From assembly GCA_000004985.1 (NCBI GenBank), contig GG739025.1: 37,087 nt of DNA; one strand, 5' to 3'. The DNA is from Naegleria gruberi (lineage: Eukaryota). Position 1 is the stretch's first letter; every line of letters starts with the position of its first letter. The notes under the pieces are model-generated. The model was not told the DNA's origin. It saw only the letters and a list, made by a program, of their open reading frames with translations, and ran no database searches. Shown here piece by piece: positions 22,001 through 30,753 of this stretch. A program made the position numbers and the translations under genes.

Positions 22001-25000
22001 NNNNNNNNNNNNNNNNNNNNNNNNNNNNNNNNNNNNNNNNNNNNNNNNNNNNNNNNNNNNNNNNNNNNNNNNNNNNNNNNNNNNNNNNNNNNNNNNNNNN
22101 NNNNNNNNNNNNNNNNNNNNNNNNNNNNNNNNNNNNNNNNNNNNNNNNNNNNNNNNNNNNNNNNNNNNNNNNNNNNNNNNNNNNNNNNNNNNNNNNNNNN
22201 NNNNNNNNNNNNNNNNNNNNNNNNNNNNNNNNNNNNNNNNNNNNNNNNNNNNNNNNNNNNNNNNNNNNNNNNNNNNNNNNNNNNNNNNNNNNNNNNNNNN
22301 NNNNNNNNNNNNNNNNNNNNNNNNNNNNNNNNNNNNNNNNNNNNNNNNNNNNNNNNNNNNNNNNNNNNNNNNNNNNNNNNNNNNNNNNNNNNNNNNNNNN
22401 NNNNNNNNNNNNNNNNNNNNNNNNNNNNNNNNNNNNNNNNNNNNNNNNNNNNNNNNNNNNNNNNNNNNNNNNNNNNNNNNNNNNNNNNNNNNNNNNNNNN
22501 NNNNNNNNNNNNNNNNNNNNNNNNNNNNNNNNNNNNNNNNNNNNNNNNNNNNNNNNNNNNNNNNNNNNNNNNNNNNNNNNNNNNNNNNNNNNNNNNNNNN
22601 NNNNNNNNNNNNNNNNNNNNNNNNNNNNNNNNNNNNNNNNNNNNNNNNNNNNNNNNNNNNNNNNNNNNNNNNNNNNNNNNNNNNNNNNNNNNNNNNNNNN
22701 NNNNNNNNNNNNNNNNNNNNNNNNNNNNNNNNNNNNNNNNNNNNNNNNNNNNNNNNNNNNNNNNNNNNNNNNNNNNNNNNNNNNNNNNNNNNNNNNNNNN
22801 NNNNNNNNNNNNNNNNNNNNNNNNNNNNNNNNNNNNNNNNNNNNNNNNNNNNNNNNNNNNNNNNNNNNNNNNNNNNNNNNNNNNNNNNNNNNNNNNNNNN
22901 NNNNNNNNNNNNNNNNNNNNNNNNNNNNNNNNNNNNNNNNNNNNNNNNNNNNNNNNNNNNNNNNNNNNNNNNNNNNNNNNNNNNNNNNNNNNNNNNNNNN
23001 NNNNNNNNNNNNNNNNNNNNNNNNNNNNNNNNNNNNNNNNNNNNNNNNNNNNNNNNNNNNNNNNNNNNNNNNNNNNNNNNNNNNNNNNNNNNNNNNNNNN
23101 NNNNNNNNNNNNNNNNNNNNNNNNNNNNNNNNNNNNNNNNNNNNNNNNNNNNNNNNNNNNNNNNNNNNNNNNNNNNNNNNNNNNNNNNNNNNNNNNNNNN
23201 NNNNNNNNNNNNNNNNNNNNNNNNNNNNNNNNNNNNNNNNNNNNNNNNNNNNNNNNNNNNNNNNNNNNNNNNNNNNNNNNNNNNNNNNNNNNNNNNNNNN
23301 NNNNNNNNNNNNNNNNNNNNNNNNNNNNNNNNNNNNNNNNNNNNNNNNNNNNNNNNNNNNNNNNNNNNNNNNNNNNNNNNNNNNNNNNNNNNNNNNNNNN
23401 NNNNNNNNNNNNNNNNNNNNNNNNNNNNNNNNNNNNNNNNNNNNNNNNNNNNNNNNNNNNNNNNNNNNNNNNNNNNNNNNNNNNNNNNNNNNNNNNNNNN
23501 NNNNNNNNNNNNNNNNNNNNNNNNNNNNNNNNNNNNNNNNNNNNNNNNNNNNNNNNNNNNNNNNNNNNNNNNNNNNNNNNNNNNNNNNNNNNNNNNNNNN
23601 NNNNNNNNNNNNNNNNNNNNNNNNNNNNNNNNNNNNNNNNNNNNNNNNNNNNNNNNNNNNNNNNNNNNNNNNNNNNNNNNNNNNNNNNNNNNNNNNNNNN
23701 NNNNNNNNNNNNNNNNNNNNNNNNNNNNNNNNNNNNNNNNNNNNNNNNNNNNNNNNNNNNNNNNNNNNNNNNNNNNNNNNNNNNNNNNNNNNNNNNNNNN
23801 NNNNNNNNNNNNNNNNNNNNNNNNNNNNNNNNNNNNNNNNNNNNNNNNNNNNNNNNNNNNNNNNNNNNNNNNNNNNNNNNNNNNNNNNNNNNNNNNNNNN
23901 NNNNNNNNNNNNNNNNNNNNNNNNNNNNNNNNNNNNNNNNNNNNNNNNNNNNNNNNNNNNNNNNNNNNNNNNNNNNNNNNNNNNNNNNNNNNNNNNNNNN
24001 NNNNNNNNNNNNNNNNNNNNNNNNNNNNNNNNNNNNNNNNNNNNNNNNNNNNNNNNNNNNNNNNNNNNNNNNNNNNNNNNNNNNNNNNNNNNNNNNNNNN
24101 NNNNNNNNNNNNNNNNNNNNNNNNNNNNNNNNNNNNNNNNNNNNNNNNNNNNNNNNNNNNNNNNNNNNNNNNNNNNNNNNNNNNNNNNNNNNNNNNNNNN
24201 NNNNNNNNNNNNNNNNNNNNNNNNNNNNNNNNNNNNNNNNNNNNNNNNNNNNNNNNNNNNNNNNNNNNNNNNNNNNNNNNNNNNNNNNNNNNNNNNNNNN
24301 NNNNNNNNNNNNNNNNNNNNNNNNNNNNNNNNNNNNNNNNNNNNNNNNNNNNNNNNNNNNNNNNNNNNNNNNNNNNNNNNNNNNNNNNNNNNNNNNNNNN
24401 NNNNNNNNNNNNNNNNNNNNNNNNNNNNNNNNNNNNNNNNNNNNNNNNNNNNNNNNNNNNNNNNNNNNNNNNNNNNNNNNNNNNNNNNNNNNNNNNNNNN
24501 NNNNNNNNNNNNNNNNNNNNNNNNNNNNNNNNNNNNNNNNNNNNNNNNNNNNNNNNNNNNNNNNNNNNNNNNNNNNNNNNNNNNNNNNNNNNNNNNNNNN
24601 NNNNNNNNNNNNNNNNNNNNNNNNNNNNNNNNNNNNNNNNNNNNNNNNNNNNNNNNNNNNNNNNNNNNNNNNNNNNNNNNNNNNNNNNNNNNNNNNNNNN
24701 NNNNNNNNNNNNNNNNNNNNNNNNNNNNNNNNNNNNNNNNNNNNNNNNNNNNNNNNNNNNNNNNNNNNNNNNNNNNNNNNNNNNNNNNNNNNNNNNNNNN
24801 NNNNNNNNNNNNNNNNNNNNNNNNNNNNNNNNNNNNNNNNNNNNNNNNNNNNNNNNNNNNNNNNNNNNNNNNNNNNNNNNNNNNNNNNNNNNNNNNNNNN
24901 NNNNNNNNNNNNNNNNNNNNNNNNNNNNNNNNNNNNNNNNNNNNNNNNNNNNNNNNNNNNNNNNNNNNNNNNNNNNNNNNNNNNNNNNNNNNNNNNNNNN

Positions 25001-27760
25001 NNNNNNNNNNNNNNNNNNNNNNNNNNNNNNNNNNNNNNNNNNNNNNNNNNNNNNNNNNNNNNNNNNNNNNNNNNNNNNNNNNNNNNNNNNNNNNNNNNNN
25101 NNNNNNNNNNNNNNNNNNNNNNNNNNNNNNNNNNNNNNNNNNNNNNNNNNNNNNNNNNNNNNNNNNNNNNNNNNNNNNNNNNNNNNNNNNNNNNNNNNNN
25201 NNNNNNNNNNNNNNNNNNNNNNNNNNNNNNNNNNNNNNNNNNNNNNNNNNNNNNNNNNNNNNNNNNNNNNNNNNNNNNNNNNNNNNNNNNNNNNNNNNNN
25301 NNNNNNNNNNNNNNNNNNNNNNNNNNNNNNNNNNNNNNNNNNNNNNNNNNNNNNNNNNNNNNNNNNNNNNNNNNNNNNNNNNNNNNNNNNNNNNNNNNNN
25401 NNNNNNNNNNNNNNNNNNNNNNNNNNNNNNNNNNNNNNNNNNNNNNNNNNNNNNNNNNNNNNNNNNNNNNNNNNNNNNNNNNNNNNNNNNNNNNNNNNNN
25501 NNNNNNNNNNNNNNNNNNNNNNNNNNNNNNNNNNNNNNNNNNNNNNNNNNNNNNNNNNNNNNNNNNNNNNNNNNNNNNNNNNNNNNNNNNNNNNNNNNNN
25601 NNNNNNNNNNNNNNNNNNNNNNNNNNNNNNNNNNNNNNNNNNNNNNNNNNNNNNNNNNNNNNNNNNNNNNNNNNNNNNNNNNNNNNNNNNNNNNNNNNNN
25701 NNNNNNNNNNNNNNNNNNNNNNNNNNNNNNNNNNNNNNNNNNNNNNNNNNNNNNNNNNNNNNNNNNNNNNNNNNNNNNNNNNNNNNNNNNNNNNNNNNNN
25801 NNNNNNNNNNNNNNNNNNNNNNNNNNNNNNNNNNNNNNNNNNNNNNNNNNNNNNNNNNNNNNNNNNNNNNNNNNNNNNNNNNNNNNNNNNNNNNNNNNNN
25901 NNNNNNNNNNNNNNNNNNNNNNNNNNNNNNNNNNNNNNNNNNNNNNNNNNNNNNNNNNNNNNNNNNNNNNNNNNNNNNNNNNNNNNNNNNNNNNNNNNNN
26001 NNNNNNNNNNNNNNNNNNNNNNNNNNNNNNNNNNNNNNNNNNNNNNNNNNNNNNNNNNNNNNNNNNNNNNNNNNNNNNNNNNNNNNNNNNNNNNNNNNNN
26101 NNNNNNNNNNNNNNNNNNNNNNNNNNNNNNNNNNNNNNNNNNNNNNNNNNNNNNNNNNNNNNNNNNNNNNNNNNNNNNNNNNNNNNNNNNNNNNNNNNNN
26201 NNNNNNNNNNNNNNNNNNNNNNNNNNNNNNNNNNNNNNNNNNNNNNNNNNNNNNNNNNNNNNNNNNNNNNNNNNNNNNNNNNNNNNNNNNNNNNNNNNNN
26301 NNNNNNNNNNNNNNNNNNNNNNNNNNNNNNNNNNNNNNNNNNNNNNNNNNNNNNNNNNNNNNNNNNNNNNNNNNNNNNNNNNNNNNNNNNNNNNNNNNNN
26401 NNNNNNNNNNNNNNNNNNNNNNNNNNNNNNNNNNNNNNNNNNNNNNNNNNNNNNNNNNNNNNNNNNNNNNNNNNNNNNNNNNNNNNNNNNNNNNNNNNNN
26501 NNNNNNNNNNNNNNNNNNNNNNNNNNNNNNNNNNNNNNNNNNNNNNNNNNNNNNNNNNNNNNNNNNNNNNNNNNNNNNNNNNNNNNNNNNNNNNNNNNNN
26601 NNNNNNNNNNNNNNNNNNNNNNNNNNNNNNNNNNNNNNNNNNNNNNNNNNNNNNNNNNNNNNNNNNNNNNNNNNNNNNNNNNNNNNNNNNNNNNNNNNNN
26701 NNNNNNNNNNNNNNNNNNNNNNNNNNNNNNNNNNNNNNNNNNNNNNNNNNNNNNNNNNNNNNNNNNNNNNNNNNNNNNNNNNNNNNNNNNNNNNNNNNNN
26801 NNNNNNNNNNNNNNNNNNNNNNNNNNNNNNNNNNNNNNNNNNNNNNNNNNNNNNNNNNNNNNNNNNNNNNNNNNNNNNNNNNNNNNNNNNNNNNNNNNNN
26901 NNNNNNNNNNNNNNNNNNNNNNNNNNNNNNNNNNNNNNNNNNNNNNNNNNNNNNNNNNNNNNNNNNNNNNNNNNNNNNNNNNNNNNNNNNNNNNNNNNNN
27001 NNNNNNNNNNNNNNNNNNNNNNNNNNNNNNNNNNNNNNNNNNNNNNNNNNNNNNNNNNNNNNNNNNNNNNNNNNNNNNNNNNNNNNNNNNNNNNNNNNNN
27101 NNNNNNNNNNNNNNNNNNNNNNNNNNNNNNNNNNNNNNNNNNNNNNNNNNNNNNNNNNNNNNNNNNNNNNNNNNNNNNNNNNNNNNNNNNNNNNNNNNNN
27201 NNNNNNNNNNNNNNNNNNNNNNNNNNNNNNNNNNNNNNNNNNNNNNNNNNNNNNNNNNNNNNNNNNNNNNNNNNNNNNNNNNNNNNNNNNNNNNNNNNNN
27301 NNNNNNNNNNNNNNNNNNNNNNNNNNNNNNNNNNNNNNNNNNNNNNNNNNNNNNNNNNNNNNNNNNNNNNNNNNNNNNNNNNNNNNNNNNNNNNNNNNNN
27401 NNNNNNNNNNNNNNNNNNNNNNNNNNNNNNNNNNNNNNNNNNNNNNNNNNNNNNNNNNNNNNNNNNNNNNNNNNNNNNNNNNNNNNNNNNNNNNNNNNNN
27501 NNNNNNNNNNNNNNNNNNNNNNNNNNNNNNNNNNNNNNNNNNNNNNNNNNNNNNNNNNNNNNNNNNNNNNNNNNNNNNNNNNNNNNNNNNNNNNNNNNNN
27601 NNNNNNNNNNNNNNNNNNNNNNNNNNNNNNNNNNNNNNNNNNNNNNNNNNNNNNNNNNNNNNNNNNNNNNNNNNNNNNNNNNNNNNNNNNNNNNNNNNNN
27701 NNNNNNNNNNNNNNNNNNNNNNNNNNNNNNNNNNNNNNNNNNNNNNNNNNNNNNNNNNNN
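1098..27760. other. Assembly gap (26,663 N)
   Basis: Uninterrupted run of n. The 8,900-aa ORFs in the track that cross it are artefacts of translating N. Confidence 0.99.
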
Positions 27761-27842
27761 AATGACATGTTTCTATTAATAAATTTAGTGAACTAATAAT
27801 GCAAAACACATTCCAACAAATGTTAAGGAAATAAAAGGTAAT

Positions 27843-27914
27843 GGGGACCAGTGTGAATCGAACCCACGGCCTCTCGCACCCAAAGCGAGAATCATACCAC
27901 TAGACCATGGTCCC
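27843..27914 (-). tRNA. tRNA-Pro (anticodon UGG), 72 nt
   Basis: The reverse complement reads GGGACCATGGTCTAGTGGTATGATTCTCGCTTTGGGTGCGAGAGGCCGTGGGTTCGATTCACACTGGTCCCC. It has a perfect 7-bp acceptor stem, an anticodon stem CTCGC/GCGAG with loop TTTGGGT (anticodon TGG), and D-arm/anticodon-arm sequence typical of animal tRNA-Pro. The T stem GTGGG/CACAC carries one G-A mismatch. The minus-strand 3' flank reads ATTACCTTTTATTTCC, which includes a T-run terminator. Confidence 0.85.
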
Positions 27915-28054
27915 TTACACAATAAATGGAAGTATTAAAATTGCTGCCTGTTATTGTGGAGGTGGGAAACAAGAACATGAAAATATGTAATTAGTTTTTC
28001 TTAACTTTCAAAGTTTCCATATGTTAGGGGAGATTTAATCAATGTCTTTTCACG

Positions 28055-28258
28055 ATGGATCTTGTAGTTATTTATTTGGTCATTGGAATTATGTTTCTCT
28101 TGTTGTGTTTAGTATCGTATTTGAGAAATAGAATATTAATGAGTTATTTCATTAGAAGAGAAAGTGAGGATGAGAAAAATAAGTTTGAAAACACTCCTGC
28201 ATGTTGTGAGATTACAATAAGTATTACTTCTTGTGAATCAGTAATTCATCCAATTTAA
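28055..28258 (+). CDS. Small 67-aa ORF with a hydrophobic N-terminus. Very doubtful as a gene.
   Basis: ATG..TAA ORF located between tRNA-Pro and the 5S gene. Its codon usage is AT-ending like the surrounding noncoding DNA, and no recognisable domain is present. Confidence 0.1.
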   Translation: MDLVVIYLVIGIMFLLLCLVSYLRNRILMSYFIRRESEDEKNKFENTPACCEITISITSCESVIHPI

Positions 28259-28335
28259 ATGTATTAAATATTTAAGATATATGTATTCCTGATAAAATTA
28301 AGCTCTTTAATGGAAAGTTATATGAATATTCTGAG

Positions 28336-28364
28336 AATGGCTACGGCCATATCATGATGAATGC
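28336..28364 (+). pseudogene. Truncated duplicate of the 5' end of 5S rRNA (about the first 26 nt)
   Basis: aatggctacggccatatcATgatgaatgc repeats the start of the 5S gene (aatggctacggccatatcACgatgaatgc at 28400-28428), 64 bp upstream of it, then diverges into gtaaggattttgataagg. Confidence 0.6.
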
Positions 28365-28402
28365 GTAAGGATTTTGATAAGGATGGTGTTAAGATCATGA
28401 AT

Positions 28403-28522
28403 GGCTACGGCCATATCACGATGAATGCACCTCATCCCGTCCGATTTGAGAAGTTAAGCATCGTCGAGCCACATCAGTACTGAGGTTGGAGACAACTTGG
28501 GAACCTGTGGTGCTGTAGTCTT
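28403..28522 (+). rRNA. 5S ribosomal RNA gene, about 120 nt
   Basis: GGCTACGGCCATATCACGATGAATGCACCTCATCCCGTCCGATTTGAGAAGTTAAGCATCGTCGAGCCACATCAGTACTGAGGTTGGAGACAACTTGGGAACCTGTGGTGCTGTAGTCTT. It has the 5S hallmarks CCCGTCCGAT, AAGTTAAGC, GTACT..GG..GGGAA and GGTGCTGTAG, followed by a TTTT terminator. Confidence 0.9.
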
Positions 28523-28524
28523 TT
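28521..28524 (+). terminator. Pol III T-run terminator of the 5S gene
   Basis: TTTT follows the 5S 3' end GTAGTC directly. Confidence 0.6.
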
Positions 28525-28702
28525 AATCTTAAACACTATTTCAATATTTGAAGACTAAATCGAAATTTTATCGTTTATTGATCAACCACAAGTTTCTTTC
28601 TAATTAGATCAAATTTAAAGGTGATAAATAGATGGTCACGTAGCAAGCTTTTCTAAACAATAACTTACTGAACCAACAATCAATAGATTAGTTGCCTTCA
28701 CT

Positions 28703-28761
28703 GTTCATACAGTCAAAGACTGTAGCGGGATTGTTGCCATATTCCTGGCAGGCTTCCCGTC
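28703..28761. repeat. Conserved 59-bp structured element, copy 2
   Basis: gttcatacagtcaaagactgtagcgggaTTGTTgccatattcctggcaggcttcccgtc, 181 bp downstream of the 5S 3' end. See copy 1 at 753-811. Flanks are not conserved, apart from a CTTACTGA octamer 22-31 bp to the left of both copies. Confidence 0.5.
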
Positions 28762-29229
28762 CAAAATAATAATTGAAATGTGACAATAACAACCACCAAG
28801 ATTTTATATTTTCTGGTCACACTCTGAATTATTAACATTTCATAAGAAATCATAAAAATTTTATGTTTTTAGGATTAATTTAATTTATTTACATACTGTT
28901 ACAATTCAAAGAAGTGTTAAAATACTGTGAAAAATCAAAGTAGGCTCCCTTTGAATTGTTTTAGGGCAGCAACCACCATCACGTGAAGGTCCAAGTTCCC
29001 TCTCCATAATTAATTTTCCATGCTAGCTTTGAAGGATAAGTATGTACTTTTGATAGGCCATTCATGGAGGAGAAGCAAGTTTTCTTTGTGTGAGGCTTGC
29101 ATTCAATTGGGCAAGTGAAAGACTTGGTGTAAAGATGAGAAGGTTGGTACGTTTAAAATTTTGTCCGTATCAAGAAATTTACTTCACTTTCGTTTTAAGA
29201 TTTCTGGTAAAAAGATATGCAAAATGATC

Positions 29230-29301
29230 CTCCCATGCCGGGAATTGAACCCGGACCTCCTGGGTGAAAGCCAGGTATCCTAGCCATTGGACTACACGGG
29301 A
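29230..29301 (-). tRNA. tRNA-Glu (anticodon UUC), second copy
   Basis: 72/72 identical to the copy at 482-553, in the same plus-strand orientation. The flanks are unrelated. A minus-strand T-run (rc of 29215-29229 gives GATCATTTTGCATAT) follows the 3' end immediately. Confidence 0.9.
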
Positions 29302-29476
29302 ACTCATTCATATTAAAAATATAACCTTAATGAAAATAGTACCTTATTCTTATAAAATCATCTACAAATGAACTCACTTAAGGATTTCCAACATTTCTTG
29401 AAATTTGTTTGCAATAAGAGTTTGCAAGAAAGGTTCTGGCTTTATTAGGGTGTTAGAAACATTTGAAAATAATCAT

Positions 29477-30448
29477 TTACAAAGATGGTTTGATGATTGG
29501 CTTTGATGACTTCTTACATGTCTTTCTCTTGATACAAATCTTCTTCTTGATTGACTTGCAACACTTCTTCTTTCCACCAACTAATTTAAATTTCTTACAA
29601 ATCTTCTTTCCCTTTGAACGTTTCAAGCACTTCTTATAATACTTCTTCTTGATACATCTTGGAGGAATGACAATTGTCTTGGCACAATACTTCTTCTTTT
29701 GATATTTGACACATTTAGAAAGAGTCTTCTTGTGCTTACAGAACTTGATAATCTTATGTTTGGCACAGAAGAATTTCTTCTTAATGAGACAACATTTCTT
29801 AACTGATTTTCTTTCCTTACAGTATTTAACCTTCTTATACTTGGCACATTTCTTTGCCCATGAAACAATCTTACACTTTTTAACATATCTACATTTGGAA
29901 ACCTTCTTATTGTAGGAATCAACAGTGTACTTGTCGCAAACCTTCTTCTTTTCACATTTTTTGATTGGAACCTTCTTGAATTTCTTACAGACCTTCTTGT
30001 ATCCCTTCTTGAAACACTTGTTGATAATCTTGTGTTTGGCACAGTATTTCTTGTAACCCTTCTTGATGCAAATCTTCTTAGTTCCATAAGAATCACAAAC
30101 TTTCCAGTACTTCTTCTTGGCACAACCAACAATCTTGTATGCATGCAAGACACACTTCTTTGTTGGCTTGCTATACTTGTCACATTTGGAATATTTCTTA
30201 TGTTTGAGACATTTACCAGCACCGACAATGGCATATTGATCACAGACTTTCTTTTGACCAACGAGTTTGTGTTTTAAACACTTCTTAATCCACTTGTGCT
30301 TTAAGCATTTTCTCTTACAATGCTTTGGCTTATGATACTTGTCAACAACGACGACTGGAGGTTTGGCTTGATAGCTGTCACTTGCTTGAACTGAGAGGAC
30401 TGCAAGTAAAAGTAGAAGTGCAATTGAAAAGATTAGATTTGCTTTCAT
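29477..30448 (-). CDS. Secreted lysine/cysteine-rich polycationic protein, copy B. Complete, 323 aa, single exon.
   Basis: Probable start ATG at 30448 (rc of cat 30446-30448). The ORF in the track begins 10 codons earlier at a TTG. The N-terminus MKANLIFSIALLLLLAVLSVQA|SDSYQ is a classical signal peptide. The mature region is about 35% Lys with about 34 Cys spaced every 6-11 residues, and motifs such as CLKHK, CAKHKII and KKYC recur. Stop TAA is at 29477-29479. The 3' UTR is conserved with copy A and includes AATAAA. A TTTAAAT-like TATA element lies about 55 bp upstream of the ATG. Confidence 0.8.
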   Translation of the reverse strand: MKANLIFSIALLLLLAVLSVQASDSYQAKPPVVVVDKYHKPKHCKRKCLKHKWIKKCLKHKLVGQKKVCDQYAIVGAGKCLKHKKYSKCDKYSKPTKKCVLHAYKIVGCAKKKYWKVCDSYGTKKICIKKGYKKYCAKHKIINKCFKKGYKKVCKKFKKVPIKKCEKKKVCDKYTVDSYNKKVSKCRYVKKCKIVSWAKKCAKYKKVKYCKERKSVKKCCLIKKKFFCAKHKIIKFCKHKKTLSKCVKYQKKKYCAKTIVIPPRCIKKKYYKKCLKRSKGKKICKKFKLVGGKKKCCKSIKKKICIKRKTCKKSSKPIIKPSL

Positions 30449-30753
30449 TTTTTGTTTTTGTTGGATGGGATAGTTCAATCCATGGTGCTAATTTAAACCA
30501 TTTCGAATAGTTTTTCATTTGGAACAAGCTCAAAAAAGTTGGATGTAAGGTTCCAAATTTGGATAGAAAACTGATTTCCCTAACTAAACTCAATTTACTA
30601 TTCGAATATCAACTCATCTTTCCAATACTATTCTCAATCTCAAAGAACTGGTTCTTGCATGATTTACGATCTTTGAAAAGTTAGTGATATGATTGTTAAT
30701 GTAAAAGTTGGTTTTATTACAATTACATTATACAACATCGAAAGCCAATAGTC

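Noticed and set aside
1044-27779. Six-frame ORFs of about 8,900 aa crossing the first gap (1044..27779 plus; 1078..27768 and 1092..27809 minus), and the ORFs at 30708..34226 and 30723..35123 crossing the second gap
   Set aside because: They consist almost entirely of X translated from N. Only the real-sequence ends are informative. The minus 30723..35123 piece is treated as exon 2 of the NTPase-like gene.
28300-28830. Spliced-leader RNA gene associated with the 5S repeat
   Set aside because: The idea was prompted by the 5S linkage and by GT dinucleotides after the 5S 5' fragment and near the 59-bp element. I could not identify a coherent SL exon followed by a donor, an Sm site and three stem-loops on either strand.
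29623-30261. 212-aa minus-strand ORF (MVKRKSVINMPLSV...RRSTGKF...)
   Set aside because: It is an alternative frame of the K/C-rich CDS (copy B), the same artefact as 14..238. It has no independent start context and the same composition bias.
29706-30593. Short ORFs 29706..29915 (+), 30032..30277 (+), 30325..30510 (+) and 30378..30593 (-)
   Set aside because: They are antisense to, or overlap, the K/C-rich gene and its promoter. They have low-complexity L/F-rich translations, which is expected from reverse-complemented AAG/AAA-rich sequence.
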